64,000 nt of DNA, from the NCBI GenBank assembly GCA_951406725.2, contig OX597826.1:4278001-4342000 (forward strand), given 5' to 3'. The notes beneath the pieces were generated by a model. It did no database searches and was not told the DNA's origin. It saw only the letters and a program-made list of their open reading frames with translations. The stretch is from Octopus vulgaris. Its lineage: Eukaryota. A program made the position numbers and the translations under genes. Shown one piece after another: positions 35,699 to 50,329 of this stretch. Every line of letters starts with the position of its first letter. Positions within the stretch are counted from its first letter, which is position 1.

Positions 35699-36722
35699 CA
35701 ATCAGATTTTATTTGCATCACAAAGACTATAAGTGCATAATTGTTGTGACAGATAAAGAAATATAAAAGCAAACGATACATAGAGATGTTTGCGCGCACA
35801 CATGAAACCTGAATACTACGAGACAAGGGTGCGAATAGAATAAATTATATACGTGGTAACTACCGTTTAGTGAAAATTATTTTTATAAGTTAAGATATGC
35901 ATACACACATAGATAGATAGTTGGCTTCCTTGATCTGTAATACACTTATTGCGGATACCTGGGTGCTCAATAGATTTAATTAAACAAGATTTTAACTGTC
36001 TTAAGGAGGGCTTAAACGTTGTTGGACAAAATTAAATTAGTGTTAAGTTATTGAATTCATAGAACACTAAAATGCTAGCTTGTAATGAATATGCAGCAAG
36101 GAATATATATATATACATATATAACATAATAATAAATAAAACATATGCATATATATATATATACATACATATATAACAAAATAATAAATAAAACATATGC
36201 ATATATATACATATATGTACGTACCTATATCTATATGTATATATACATGCATATATTGGTACAGGACACAAAAAAAAACGTCGAACACAATGAGAAACAC
36301 AAAACCAAGGAGTTTTATCTTAATATTGATAATGATGCGCACTCTTAACCTTTCTGTCCCCCTCCCTCTCTCATCAAACAAGAACATGCCTTCCTTCTTG
36401 CAGCTACAACGGACAGAAAGAAAGAAACATGAGTTAGGAGGAAAAAGAAATATGGCCGTTGGTCACATGAGGAGGAGGAAGTGAGGGCGAGAGAGTGACA
36501 GACTAATAGGATAGAATAGTGCGAGAAGAGGAGGGAAGAGAATAAGAGAGAGAAAGAGAGAAAAATGAAAGAGTAAAAAGATCGTATATAGTGCGCATCA
36601 GAATTATTAAAATAAAACTTGGAAGAGGATGCCTGGCGTTCAATCATATAATAATATAAATAATATATATATATACACATGTATATGTACATACTTACAA
36701 GTATATGTGTGTGTGTATGTGT

Positions 36723-36762
<40 letters not shown>

Positions 36763-37224
36763 ATGTATGTATGTATGTATGTATGTATGTACACAGACAA
36801 GAAGCCCAATTTTAAAATATACTATCTAAAACTGTTTTCTAAAAAGTCGGCCATTACCTTTGTGTGTGTGTGAGAGAGAGAGAGAGAGACGAGGCTGTGG
36901 TGGCGAACGCGTAAATCAAGCTAGGCCAGGAGACTCTTCCCACTATTCAATCCTATTACTATGTCAGTCTCTCTCCCTCACTCATCCTCCCTTGCTCATG
37001 TGGCTCCCACGTGACCACCGGCCTTTCTTTCTTTTCTCTCCGTTGTAGCTTGAACAAGGACAACGTGTTGTTGTTTGAAGGAATGAAATACTAACCGAGA
37101 TATTTGTTGTTTAGAAGACTCTTAATGGGCTACCAATTGCTTCTTATGATCTTACATTATTTGAATATTCACCTTCCAGCATGGCGGTTAGAGGTGACCG
37201 GTGTCCTGTGATGAAAAACAAAGG

Positions 37225-38059
37225 ATTGTATGCTTTCACCAAGTGGACAAGTCAAATTTTCTGATTAGAATGTCACTGAAAGATAGGTTTAAGAGTGTTG
37301 CTGAGATATCCCGCTAGTTTAATTCCATTTCCAGTGTCAATGTATTGCGCAAAACAATTTCTCGGAGGTTACGAGGTTCTGGGTTGCTTGCTCGGGCATC
37401 GGCAAAGAAACCTTTGATCTCCAACAAGAATCAATGACCCCCGTTTCGTTTTGCTCACGAACATGTCGTTATGGCAGAAGAACAGTGGTCGCAGGTTCAT
37501 TTTGGCGATGAATTAAAGTTTAATGTGTTGGTTCCCATGGCAGGATGTACGTCCGACGAAGAAGTGGTGAAAGGTTATCTCGTGCTTGTGTGAAGAAGAT
37601 AGTGAAATATGGAATAGGCAGTGCAATGGTATGGGGGAGGATCTCTGCTGCTGGTCTTGATCCCTTTATTCGCCTACAAGGCACTGTCAAGGTTGAAATC
37701 TACAAGCAGATTCTTAGACAGCATCGATCTTCCGCAACGATCTTCGTCAGTTCAACCTCTTATCTTCGTGCAGGGCAACACTACCTGTTACACTGCGATG
37801 ACAGTCAAAGATTTTTTTTAAGAGTTGAAAGGGTTGATTTCAAGGACTGGCCACCTCAAAGTCCCGATCTCAACCCTAGAAAAAACCGTTTGGAAGGTTA
37901 TTGGAGATGTGGCGCGAAGGAGAAATCCAAAGAATCATGATGAACTCTGGGAATTATTGAAAAGCGAATGGAACAATATTACTCCATTCTGTAATACTCC
38001 TGTGGTAACAGATGTCAGGGGGTCATTGAGATAGTAAAGGGATGTTCGCAAAATATTAA
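37225..38059 (+). pseudogene. Tc1-family (DD34E-type) transposase relic
   Basis: TISRRLRGSGL..AKKPLIS, WSQVHFGDELKFN, YVRRR, MVWGRIS, IFVQGNTTCYT, WPPQSPDLNP, LWELLKSEWNNI, KGMFAKY*. Multiple stops and frameshifts; TIRs not confidently located. Confidence 0.9.
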
Positions 38060-38339
38060 TAGTAAGGGTTTCTTTTTTGTTCTTGTTCCATTTTTCATTG
38101 TTTTTCCAAGTGACACTTAACTTTTGGCTGTTGCTGTTTGGAAGATTATTTCTTTATTTCCTCATAACTTACGAAATATTCATTCCAGTTACTTGAAATT
38201 TTCACAAAAGATAGATTTTAGATATATCTAAATATGTGTAAGACATCTACTCTTAATGTTTTGTTAATCTTCTATGATAAATATTTCAGTACATTTGTTC
38301 TTAACGACTCTTATATTATGGCGCTAATCTATATATCCA

Positions 38340-39260
38340 ATCGTTCTTAATATATTCGGACATGTAGGAACGTGAATATCTGAGGACTGCTGTCGCCGTT
38401 ATCGGAGGAGAATACCATGAACGTGTGTTATGAATACATCGTTGGAAGAAGGGTGGTGTTTTCCGATGACGGAATACAAAAGTCTGTCTGGACGTATTAA
38501 GAATGATTAGATTATCTTTGTAGATCATCTACCCAGAATTGAAAGATGCAGCAGACGATTTAGAAACTAAAATTTGTTGTAAAGACATTCTCCTGTTAAA
38601 TAAAAGAAACCCTATAATCTATGCTTTGCAACCTGTCTGTGAAAAATCAATTTGAGATTTTTGTTATATCTATAGATCACCGCTTGGTGTCGGTAGAGCA
38701 TATCTCCTATATGTAATAGAGCGACATAGAAGCGTGGTGAACAGTTGCAGGTAAATAAAATGTAAGAGATACTGTTAAATCCCCAATCCGAAGCATTCTG
38801 GAATATCTTTTGGACGAATGATTCCCAATGCATCCTCAACACCATCTCGGTGCAATGAAAAGGAAAGTTTTTCGGTTCACTGCTTTAAATGTAGTTAATG
38901 CTGCAGAAATTATAACTGTCGACAGCTGACACAGAACACCGGTTGATGTAGCAACTGTTTTCCACACGATGCGCACGAACCTTAACCTGTCAGAACTCAG
39001 AGGATTGTTACCACTGTAATATGAAATGTCAGATTTTGTGTTTATAAGAGCCGGTGTGTCCACGCCTGTTTAGGGCCTCTTAGAAACCACTCATTGAACG
39101 CGAAAATTGATCTAACAGTACGTATTAGAACATGTTCCACCTGGTGGTAACAAGTAGACATCTTCTATTGTAGCTGTACGAAAACTAGACAAAAAAATTT
39201 ACATATCTATGGTGACAACAAGGAAGGCGTTAATCACGTGACTCTTAGCCTGTCATATTC
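38340..39260 (+). pseudogene. Highly decayed Ty3/Gypsy integrase relic
   Basis: SPLGVGRAYLLYVIERHRS (like GPLPPSRGY.YLLTCIDRFTR), SDFVFIRAGVSTP (like HVFVR.DAVR.P), and VAVRKLDKKIYI, in integrase order. Confidence 0.45.
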
Positions 39261-39463
39261 AATACACCTGTCTCTCATTAGCTACATAGATTTCATTTTT
39301 TATATTTTTATGTATTCATTTATATTTATTTTATATATTTATTTATTTGCTACATTCGATTTCAAGGATGCACACCACCAAATTCAAATAAAGGCAATCT
39401 TAAAGATAACACTGTCAATAACACATTCATTAGTTTGCTTAGATTTACGCAAACGCCTTACAG

Positions 39464-39700
39464 TAGTGATTCCCAACGTAAGGCATACGCCCCACCATTG
39501 GACCCTGGGAAAATTGTGGTGGGGGCGTGGGATCCAATATATTTACTCTTCCCTTTTTTAGAGAGACATAGAATAGTGAAAATCTTTTTTTTACGCAGCA
39601 AACATACTACACCATACGCTTTCTCAACCACCAGTAGAGCATGTATTTTTTATGGGGAATTTATGGTGGGGCCTGGAGATAAATAGGTTGGAAAACTCTG
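39464..39700. mobile_element. hAT-type MITE (237 bp)
   Basis: Termini TAGTGATTCCCAAC / GTTGGAAAACTCTG (Charlie-like TIR) and 8 bp TSD CCTTACAG / CCTTGCAG. It interrupts the Gypsy RT reading frame. Confidence 0.8.
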
Positions 39701-40169
39701 CCTTGCAGGGTAAAGTCTGCAAGAACCATTTATTAACGTGCGATAGAAAAGATCTTGGTGACGGTGTATAAAATTAAAATAGTCTTTGAAGATTATATAT
39801 TTTGGATGCACACCTGAGATATTACTCCAGATCTACATTTGATCCTGAAAATACCCGATGCTTCTCCACCCTCAAATAAACAAATTGAGTCTTGTTAAGA
39901 TTGGTAAAATAATAGATATTGGCCAAAATATTCTATTTGCGAAATGCTGAAGAATATAGTTGAATTTGGTTGTCAATTGTTCAGTACGGAGTATTCAATG
40001 ATTTTAAAAATTCTTACTGAGAATTGTGTCCTGAGTAGATTTGATACCAACTAAGATGTTTTGTTGACGACCGATGCTAGTGGATGAAATAAACTTCGAA
40101 GATGCTTTGTTGCATATATTTCTCCTGGTGGCAACAAGAGTTCTCCTAATGCTGGAACCATTTCTGTAT

Positions 40170-40475
40170 CTTCTCTGGATCACAAGCGTTTCATCCTTCA
40201 CCTTCTACACTCCGTTTGAGAGGAGCGCGAGGACCGAATTAGTGTTTGGCTACAGAAGGATTCCCTCAGCGATTTTAGTCAACCACAACTAGCCTGAACT
40301 GATTTCAACTGCTATTGCTATCCCCTCGGTTACTTTCTCCAGTCGTTTGTGTTCCAAATCAATTTTCTGCAGGACATATCGTACTGATCCAACTGGAAAA
40401 CCACGACAACCGACTTCAATAGGAAATGCGGCCGCATATCATCCTTTGACAAAAGCCTCATCAGACAATCAGGAT
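40170..40475 (-). mobile_element. 3' fragment of an RLE-endonuclease non-LTR retrotransposon (HERO-like)
   Basis: Minus strand reads KG*YAAAFPIEVGCRGFPVGSV...AVEISSG*LWL, matching the HERO C-terminal PIEVGCRGF...WLW motif. Confidence 0.7.
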
Positions 40476-40694
40476 TTTTTATCGCAGAGTAACCACTTAG
40501 AAATATATTTATAACAGGTTAACTCGTGCTCGAACTAATTGGGCAGATACTGGAAGAGAAATACCTATTTTGATTCGAACACCGGCCACTTAAATTCATC
40601 ATGAATACCTGCATAGAAATTCCTGAGATTTCATTTTCAAAAATACTATGCTGGTGATTCTTGCATGCAGTATTTCATTTTGATATACATCAGT

Positions 40695-40915
40695 CAAGAA
40701 GGCAGACAGTTGATAGAATAGTTAATGCGTCGGGTAAAATGTTTAGTAACTTTTCTTCTGGCTCTTACATTTCTGATTCCAGATTTCAACGAGGTCCACT
40801 TAACCATTTCATTCTTTCGGATTCGATAAAATAAGTACCAATCCAGAACGAAGGCCGATGTTGGTCGACTTCCCACCTTCCCACAAAATTGCTGGCGCTG
40901 TATCAAAATATGTGA
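40695..40915 (+). mobile_element. Old SINE family B nested in the Gypsy relic
   Basis: AAGGCAG...GAGGTCCACTTTAACCATTTCATTCTTTCGGATTCGATAAAATAAGTACC. Confidence 0.7.
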
Positions 40916-42287
40916 GGAAAATTGCATTTTCCACTAATACGCGCTTTCTCATTTACATTTTAGGATACAACAAGATTCTATTTCGGATAATGGAAAGGAA
41001 TTAAACTGTTATTTCTTGATAGCCTAATTTCTGAAACACCATAACGAACCAATACTAGAGAAAATATTTTCAAGAATGAAATAAAATTGATTGCCTGGAG
41101 TCTACTTTTCTAATGCTAAGAGACCTTATAAGCGAGATCAAACATAGATTAACTTTTGAAGATAGATTTCTCAGCATTTGTGACCCTATAGCTCCACCTA
41201 AAGTATCCAGGAGGCAATTCATTGTGTCCATGACGACGTCCATTGTAATATTATTGAGACTCTTAATCACCTAATGCTTGGTGGTCTGACTATCCACACA
41301 ATGTAGAGGACTACACACATAGATGTCCTAAATATGCGGACATTGTTGTGGAGTTTTTGTTTTGTTTATTTTTTAAAAATTTATTTATTTATTTATTTAT
41401 TTATTTATTTTAGCAGAACGGGTTTCGTTCGCGACCCAAGTCGATAGATATTCAGGCTCGTGTACAGAAGGATCATGCCCACCTTAATTGCATCGGATTG
41501 CTGTCTATCACGAGGAAGTCTTTCTCAACGTAATCAAAGCGTGACCGTAATAGGAAGAGTTTGACCATAAAACATGTGTTACGAGTAATTTACCTTGGGA
41601 TTGTTGTACCAAAACACTTTGGACAGAAAACGTCCCCGAATTTCATGATATCTCTTTTATTTGTTCACATGAGAATTGGTTGAATTCCTTACAAAACACT
41701 TTGTGTTAACGGCAATGAACGAACGGTTCAAACAATTAAAATGAAGTTAAATAAGCTTTTCTCTCGGGAAACAGATTTGTCATTTGTTTTCCGGTCGTGA
41801 CTCAGTAACATTACACCCAAAGAGCTACAAACCTACATCGTTCCAAGAGGTTTACAAATGCATTCTACATTGATAGGATATCAGATACGTGTAACCTTGA
41901 CTATATCTTGTAACATAGATAAGTAGATGTAGTGTAAGAACAATAAATGTTCAGCACATAGAAATTGGAAACTTAGTATTGCGAGCTGGAAGTGATACTG
42001 TCCTCATTATGGAGAATGAAATGGAAACTTTGCATCATGGAGACCAGATCACATATAAACATGAAGTACTTGAAGCAAGAGGGGATGACGATGATGCTGA
42101 TGGTAACGGTGCATCACATGGGGAAGCAATCGTATAGATGGTAACCTGTAACGAGATCAAACTTGTGATAGGGTCGTTACGTGAAATAGTTGAAATAACC
42201 TGAAGTCAATGCTTCTACGTATCAGGGAAACGTGAATTGAATAGCAATATTATATGACGTTATTGTGAGAATACGAAACGCGGGTAC

Positions 42288-42339
<52 letters not shown>

Positions 42340-42475
42340 ATCGTGAAGACAACACAATCTATCTGCTAGATGATTCGCTGTACCTCAGTAAATGAGACTA
42401 TTGTGATATACACAATTTTGAACTTTAATTTTGTATTCCATCTTATATAAACGTTCCTTGTTTAACTACGAATTG

Positions 42476-42515
<40 letters not shown>

Positions 42516-43469
42516 CATGTTTCCGTGAATAGTTTACCTGATGATAGATAGATAGGTGAGAGAGATGTGGGGAAGACAACAGGCAAAATGAGATAGAGTG
42601 AGGGATAGAGCGGGATAGAATATATCTACTGTGTAAGGTACATGTATATAGAAATAAGAAATAAGTTAACTGGAAAGAACGACAAGAGAGAAGGAGAGCT
42701 ATAGAGAGATGGGGTGAGACCAGTAAGTGTAAAAATGAGTGAAAGAAAAGTGTATGATAGCTAAAGAGGAGAAAATATGTCTTTCAAATATAGGGAGAGA
42801 AAAGCAATAATGAAGAAGAAATGAAAAAAGATAATGCAAGAAAACCAATGAATGATTGTGTAAAAGAGAAGAGAGAATGAATAAGGCTAAATGAGTAAGA
42901 GAGACAGACTATTCGAGAATATTTTTGAGAAATAAAGAGAAATTGTTAAGATAAAAATAAAGATTAAGAAAGTAAACGTAACGGTGATAAAGAAAGTGAA
43001 AGTAAGTTGATGGAAGGGGGTGGGGGAGCTGAAAAAGACAATAAAGAAAGACAGAAAGAACTAAGGTTACTGTTTGAGAGAGAAAGAGGGAGAGAGAAAG
43101 ATAGAATAACGGATGAGTGAAACGAAATGTAATGACAATGTTGGAATATATAGTTAGATATGAAGGAAGGAAAACTAGTGAAAAAGAGTCACAAGGTGAT
43201 TGTTGGTTTGGTGTGTGTGTGTGAGAGAGAGAGAGTTGCATACGCGTGCACACACACACAGCACGCAAGTGAGAGGAAAGAGTGTGTGTGTGTGCGCGCG
43301 CTTATGTGTGTATGTGTGTTCGTTACATATGTATTGTAGCGCGCACACACGAACATTGTCACATACGAGTGACAGAAATATATGTAGAACGGTTAAAGAA
43401 CTGAAAAGACTGACAGATACACACACACACGCGTGTGTATGTGTGTGTGTGTATATATATATGTTTATA

Positions 43470-43501
<32 letters not shown>

Positions 43502-44022
43502 GTTATATATTTACTACTATATTTATATGTGAATATATGTGTGTGTGTATACATACATACATACATACTATACAATATATATATACATACAATATATATG
43601 TGTATGGATACATACATATACACACGTGTGTGTATGTATGTATGTATGTATGTATGTATGTATATAATGTAAACGTCTCTACAGACATATATATTTAAGG
43701 GAGAAAGGTAGATGCAGGCATACCGCCTTACAAAGACAAATATCTGTAACAATATTAGAAAGAGAGATATCTAAAGAGTGAGACACAGAATGAAGAAAGA
43801 AAGAAAGAAAGAAAGAGAGAAAGAAAAACAGAAAGAAAGAAAAAAAGAAAGAAAGAAAGGAAGGAAGAGAGAAAGCAAACAAATGAAAGAACAAAGAAAT
43901 ATCGAAAGAAAGAATGAAATAGAAGCAGAAATAAAGGAGAAAGATTGAGAGAGGAAGAAAGATAGAAAAAGTATAGGTTAGTTGGAATTGTCAACGTAGA
44001 AAGCGACTCACAGTATAGTTCC

Positions 44023-44073
<51 letters not shown>

Positions 44074-44639
44074 ATACACACACGCTTAAACCACTCCAAG
44101 GCCTCCATAGCAGCAGATGCGCAGAACAGACTCGATTTCTGACGTGTTCGCGCAGCACAGCAATATGTGACGGAAGGAGAGTAAGAAGTGGTGGTGGTGG
44201 TGGTGGTGATGGGGGGGAACGGTGCTATGACATTCGGCGTTAATGGCGGTGACAGAGATGAACAACGATGACGATGATGATGATGGTGATTGTGGTGTTT
44301 GTGTGACAGCGGCAATAGTTGTGACGATACGTTCAATGCTATGTCTCCTCTCACTGCTACTCGTTGCTGCCTTTGTCGAATGTAACTGTTGTTGTTGTGG
44401 TTGTTACTGTTGTATAGCCCCAGGTTGTGTTCTGATTGAAACGAAGTATGTGGTCAATGGAAGCGCTTCCAACCACGACCATCTCGTCTCCGCTTAATCC
44501 TTTATCCACTGTATCCTTTTCTTTTGAAGAAGAACAGTGATTTGATAGATATTTGGCTGCTATTTCTTGCAGGTTGAAACAACCACATAGAGATCCTTCG
44601 CCGGCTTAATTGTTGATGCTTTATAAGTTGTAGTTGTAA

Positions 44640-44960
44640 TGTTAGTGTTAGAAGTGGTAGTCGTGGTCTCTGTGTCGGAAGTGATGTTTGTGTTCTAGTG
44701 TTAGGAGTGGTGTTTGTGTTCTAGTGTTGAAAGTGGTGTTTGTGTTCTAGTAATGGAAGTGGTAGTCGTAGTAGTGTTAATGTTGAAAGTGGTGTTTGTG
44801 TCTAGTGTTAAAAGTGATTGTGTTCTAGTGTCAAAAGTGGTCTTTGTGTTCTAGTGTTTAAAATGGTGTTTCTGTTCTAGTATTGGAAATGGTAGTTGCA
44901 GTGTTAGTGTTAAAAGTGGTGTTTGTGTTCTAGCACTGGAAGTGGTAGTGTAGTGGTGGA
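44640..44960. repeat. ~26 bp minisatellite (GTGGTGTTTGTGTTCTAGTGTTGAAA)
   Basis: About 10 diverged units with TGTGTTCTAG recurring. Confidence 0.85.
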
Positions 44961-47294
44961 AGCATTAGTCTAGGTGCAAACACGAGTGTATATATAGTAT
45001 TTGCAGTGACGTTTATCGTGTTGGTGAAAGTTTTGGTTGTAGTATTTGTTGTATTGGTGCCAGCGTTTGAAGTAGTGGATGAGTGTTGGTACTAGTATTA
45101 GAAGTAAAAACAGTAGTATTGGTGCTAGTAACGGGAGTAGTTATTGTAATGCTGGTGTTAATGCTAGTGTCCATAGTGGTACGGCTAGTTCTGGTGCCAG
45201 TGTGTGTAGTGGTGTCTGTAGTCTTCAGGAAGGAATGCAAATGGTGTCTGTAGCAGTAATACTTGCAATGAAAGTGGAAACAGTAGCGATGATGCTAGTT
45301 TGGGCATTGACAAACATAGTATAGGCACAAGTATTTGTTGTACTTGTAGTGGCGCTGCTTAAAGCATTTGCACTAGCTTCGGTAGTGGTGCTTGTATTAT
45401 TTGTATTAGAGTTGGAACTGGTAGTTGTAGTGTTGCTACAACTCACAGTAGTGGTGTTTGAAGTGTTGGTGCTAGTACGGCAGAGGTAGCTCTAGTGTTT
45501 TAAGTAGCGAGACCTATAGTAGATCATGTTGGTTTCAATAATGCAGAGTTGTGGTTTCGATGGTAGTATGTGGTGGTGGTGGTGGTGGCGGCAGTGGTGG
45601 CGGCAGTGGTGGTGGCTGTTGTGGTGAAGGCTAGTTATGATGTGGTTAGTATTACTACTTGCATAACTGTTATTGTTGTCGTTGTTAAAGAAGTGTGCTG
45701 GTAGAATCGTTAGCACATCAGACACAATGTGTAGCAACATTTCTTTTAATTCTTTACGTTCAATGTTCAAATTCCGCCGTTGTCGACTTTGCCTTTCATC
45801 CTTTCGAGGGTCAATAAAAATCTTATAAACTTCTCTCCTGAAGATTTCCTGGTCTTGTACCAAAACTTGAAACCATTATTATTGCTGTTTGGTTCCTAGG
45901 TGGCCCTAATTGAACAGACATATTTTCAAAGGTATTCCTATAACTTTATTTGCTGGGAATTTAGTACAATATCATCCAGTGTAACTGTGACATGAGGGTG
46001 ATTTGGCCGCTATTTCTTACAGGTTGAGCAACCATAGATAAGCTTTTCTCGTTTTTTCAATGGTGTTGATGTCCGTTTTGGTAAAGACAGTATTTGTGAA
46101 ATTGTGATGGTGATACTATGATGCTGCCGTTAGTCATATAGTCGTGATCTTGGTATTGTTCTTGTTACGATGTTGATGGTGTTGTTTTGGCGGCACAGTT
46201 GTTGTGGTGGTGTTGGTTTAGTGGTTTCTGTTGCAGTATTGTGATGGTTGTGGCACTTTTGTTCCGATTGTGTGGTTGCAGTTGTGGTGACGTTAGTATT
46301 ACCGTTAATTTTATTTTATTCTTTTTTTTACTTTGCAGTTGGTATTGTCGAGAGCATTGTTGTTGTTATGATGGTCGAGTTAGTGTCATTGATACTGGCT
46401 GCTGTTGTTGTTGTGAAGGTGGCGTTGTTGTCGTTTATTGTTATAGCATCCTCATGGTGATGAGATCATGGTGATGGTGTTCACATGGTCTTATCGACGG
46501 TGGCGGTTGTGGTACTGACAACATAGTATTGTTAGAAACGTATAATAACTGTAGTTGTGATAACACTGTATTCTTGTTAGTGTTGATAGCTATAATGTAG
46601 ATGAATAGTCTAGTGCATGGTCGGTGTTTAACCCTAGGTCACTTATTTTCAAGCTAATCCCTTATGATCACATACATTCCAATCGAGACCATCTGTTTTT
46701 TTTTTCTTTTATACAAGAACGCAATTCCTTATTAACAAACGTTATCAGTTTTTAAGACAGATTGTGATCTGTTCAACATTTTGGCTGCTATTTCTAACAG
46801 GACTAGCGTCAGATGTAAGGGTTAATGGGGACGGTTGTGATTGTGTGATGGGAGTGAAGTACCAAAAATAATGGTGGTGGTGGTGAGGTGGATGCTAATT
46901 ATGTTGGTGACAATTTTAAATACGGTGATGTGTTGTTGTTTTTACGGCTGTCATTGATGTTGTCAGTGTATAGCCCTAGGTCGGACCTATTCAGTAAGAC
47001 CCATGGTCATAGAAATTCCAGCCGTGCCCATCCCTATTTTTTCCTACACACAATGAAACCGGGACCACCTTATCCAACACGTGCTTTATTTTTAAATGGT
47101 AGTGCGTGATTTGACGATGATTAGGCTGCTATGTCTAGCAGAGCGAGTGACCACACAGAGGCTCCATCAGTTGTTATTGTTATATATAGTGGTGATGATG
47201 ATGATGATGCAGATGGCGGCGCTACTAAATCATAGAAGAATGAAAGAATGACAGAATAAAGTAAGAAATAAAGAAACATGTTCCATGAGTTTAC

Positions 47295-48155
47295 GACTGC
47301 TGCCGCTGCTGCTGCTGCTGCTGCTGCAGCCACTGATGTTGTTGTTGGTGTTGACGATGATACTGCTGCTGATCATGATGATGATGATGTTGTCACTATT
47401 GTCGCTGTCGTTATTTGCAACGCCTGTTATTGCTGCTGCTACAGCCGCTGCTGCTGCTGCTGTTGTTGATGCTGTTGTTGTCGTCGATGCTGGAAAAGAT
47501 GATGACGATGATGATGATGACGGCGACGATCATAATTATGATGAGGATGATGATGATGATGACGATGATGATCGTTGCGATGACGACAACGATAATCACA
47601 AACGTTGTGATGATGATTGCGGTGGCGATTGTGGTGGCGGAGATGATGGCGGCGGCGGCAGTGGCGGCGGCGGTGGTGGTGGTCGTCGTGGTGGTGGTGG
47701 TGGTGGTGAATGTTGTGGTGATGGTGGAGGAGAAGACGATGATGGTTGCGGTGGTAGTGGTGGTGATGGGTGCGATGCGACGATGGTAGTGATGATGATG
47801 ATGGTGACGATGATCATGGTGTAGTTGTCATCGATTCTCTTTCTGCTGCCTGTCATCACCATTGATACTTACTACGACTACCATGCCGTAACCATCGACA
47901 TCACAACCATCGCCATCATTGCCACCACCACCACCACCACCACCACCTTTGTGAACCATACCACTTCTATAATGACCATGACCACCAGCACCACCACCGT
48001 CAAAGGCCACCGCCACTATCGCCACCACCAACAACAGCAACACTAACAACATTGACGCCATCGGCAAGTCCAAGTTATAACACCGCCACCACCACCATCA
48101 TCATCACAACCATTGTATCACCGTCTCCAACAACTATACCAGCACCACCACCACC

Positions 48156-48187
<32 letters not shown>

Positions 48188-48195
48188 CACTACTG

Positions 48196-48242
<47 letters not shown>

Positions 48243-48490
48243 GCCATTATCGTCGTCGTTGTCTCCAACAGCTGAAAGAAAACCATCGCCGTTACCATCA
48301 ACAGCAGCATCCTCACCGTCGTTTATCACCAACAACAGTTGTATAATCGCCATCACCATCACCATCACCACAATCACTGTCATCATCAAGAACATCTAAA
48401 AAGTCACCACCGTCATCATCATCATCATCATCCTCATCATCGTCCACAGTTATAATACAATCACCATCAACATCATCATCAACAATAACT
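47295..48490. repeat. Compound trinucleotide low-complexity tract with strand polarity switch near 47830
   Basis: GAT/GGT/GCT-rich, then CAC/CTA/CAT-rich. Confidence 0.9.
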
Positions 48491-48616
48491 ATAGCAGTAT
48501 GATTATCACTACCATCAAAACTATCAGCAACATCAAAGACCATAAGGCTATGATTCCAGAGAGATTTGGTTTCTATTTCTAGCAATGGGTTTCTTCGAAC
48601 AAATCCACCCGAATGC

Positions 48617-48654
<38 letters not shown>

Positions 48655-49147
48655 TTTTTAATTATTTTTATTGTTGTTGTTGTTGTTATTATTACTATTA
48701 CTATTGTTGTTGTTGTTATTCTGTGTAAAATCTGGTACTTTTTCTATCGTTCAGTTTCGCCGAATCGCTAAGTTACGGGGACGTAAACAAACCAGCGACA
48801 GTTGTCAAACGATGGCGAGGAGGGGTGGGTGGGGATTGGTGGAACTCAGATGTTGTGACACACGCGTACACAGACAGAGGGTCTGATTTTAGAGAGATTG
48901 TCCTTCTATTTCTAGCAAATCGCTCGACCACAGAAAAACCACTTCGTGGCTCCAACAGTTGTAGTAGTACTAGTAATAACGGTGGTGGTTAGTATGTTAG
49001 CCCAGTAAACAACACACACACAAACACACACACAAACACAACGAGTGTGGGTGGATTTGTCACTGAATTCAATTTAACAGGATGGGTGGAGTGATTGAAA
49101 CGCATTATATATCAACTAACCGTTTTACCTTGCTAACTGAGTTCAAA

Positions 49148-49535
49148 TTCTTTTCTACTCTAGGCACAAGGCCCGAATTTTTGTTGGAGGGAGCCAGTCG
49201 ATTAGATCGACCCCAGTACGCAACTGGTACTTAAGTTATCAACCTCGAAAGGATGAAACCAAAGTCAACCTCAAAGCAAAGTTGAACTCAGAACATAAAG
49301 ACAGACGAAATACCTATTTCTTTACTACCCACAAGGGGCTAAACACAGAGGGGACGAACAAGGACAGACAAACGGATTAAGTCGATTGCACCGACCCCAG
49401 TGCGTAACTGGTAGTTAATTTATCGACCCTGAAAGGGTGAAAGGCAAAGTCGACCTCGGCGGAATTTGAACTCAGAACGTAACGGCAGACGAAATACCGC
49501 TAAGCATTTCGCCCGGCGTGCTAACGTTTCTGCCA
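49148..49535 (-). mobile_element. SINE family B dimer (head-core-tail1-core-tail2)
   Basis: Junction (plus strand) GACGAAATACC|TATTTCTTT at about 49314; apparently nested in an older plus-strand B copy. Confidence 0.88.
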
Positions 49536-50076
49536 CCATCAAATGGTTACCAGTTTCGGACTGAGTCAGTGCAATCCGCAATACTTTTATCTAACAAACA
49601 TATGGACTAGGGTCAATTTCTTTAACATTAAACTCTCATAAAATGTATCGTGTCTAACCTCAAAATATTTCGGCTGTAGACCCCAAATATATTGACTCCC
49701 AGAATATTTGGTTTATACTGCCAACATATGTCTACAGTACCCTTCTAAAAATATACTCTACTCTCAATATATTTCGACTCTACTTCAAATCAAAAATATA
49801 TTTACTTTGCCCTCAAACCATCAAAGTGCATGAATTATACCCCCAAAATATATCCACTCTAACCTCCAAATTATATAGATTGCATCCTCCAGAATATACC
49901 GACGCTGGCCTCCAAAATTTATAGTCCCCTCCACCTCCAGAATATACAGAATCTGTCTTCCAAATTCTATATACACAGATTGTTCGAAAATTACCGGTCC
50001 TGTTCTGTACACCACCTGTCTTCGTCTTTTGCTTTTTTTCGTAAATTCTCCCGATATATATATATATATATATATA

Positions 50077-50320
50077 TTATATAAAATCCGTTCTCTCAGT
50101 CTCTCTGTGTGTGTCTTCTAGGATCTCGGGCATCCTCCATCCGATTGCGCTCAAATTTAATATGTTTATACCGACGGTATCAGGGCGTGTATTAATCTTG
50201 AAAAAATTACAAAAATCGATTCCAGGTGAGAATGCGATCGATAAAGCCGTTTTTGTCCAGCTTTTCTTCACTCCATCCCAAAAAATTGACACCAATCCGA
50301 AAATAAACTACCGGTCTTCT
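50077..50320 (+). mobile_element. Possible non-autonomous Helitron-like 5' segment
   Basis: TATATAAAATCCG..CTCTGTGTGTGTC..GATCTC..CCGATTGCGCTCAAATTT pattern resembling non-autonomous Helitron 5' ends; no 3' end seen. Confidence 0.35.
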
Positions 50321-50329
50321 CTTATATAT

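Larger units (their letters stand above)
39345..42050 (+). pseudogene. Ty3/Gypsy pol relic (RT-RNase H-integrase) with nested insertions
   Basis: FDFKDAHHQIQI; LLRFTQTPYRVKSARTIY*RAIEKIL (continuous across the MITE); DVLLTTDASG; EHRPLKFIMN..KILCW; VHDDVHC..WWSDY..VEDYTHRCPK (HHCC region); RVQKDHAHL; TLWTENVPEF; ERTVQTIKMKL. Confidence 0.85.

Noticed and set aside
44640-44960. CRISPR-like periodicity (also 49650-51020 and the B arrays)
   Set aside because: Contiguous degenerate units without unique spacers, eukaryotic context, no cas genes.
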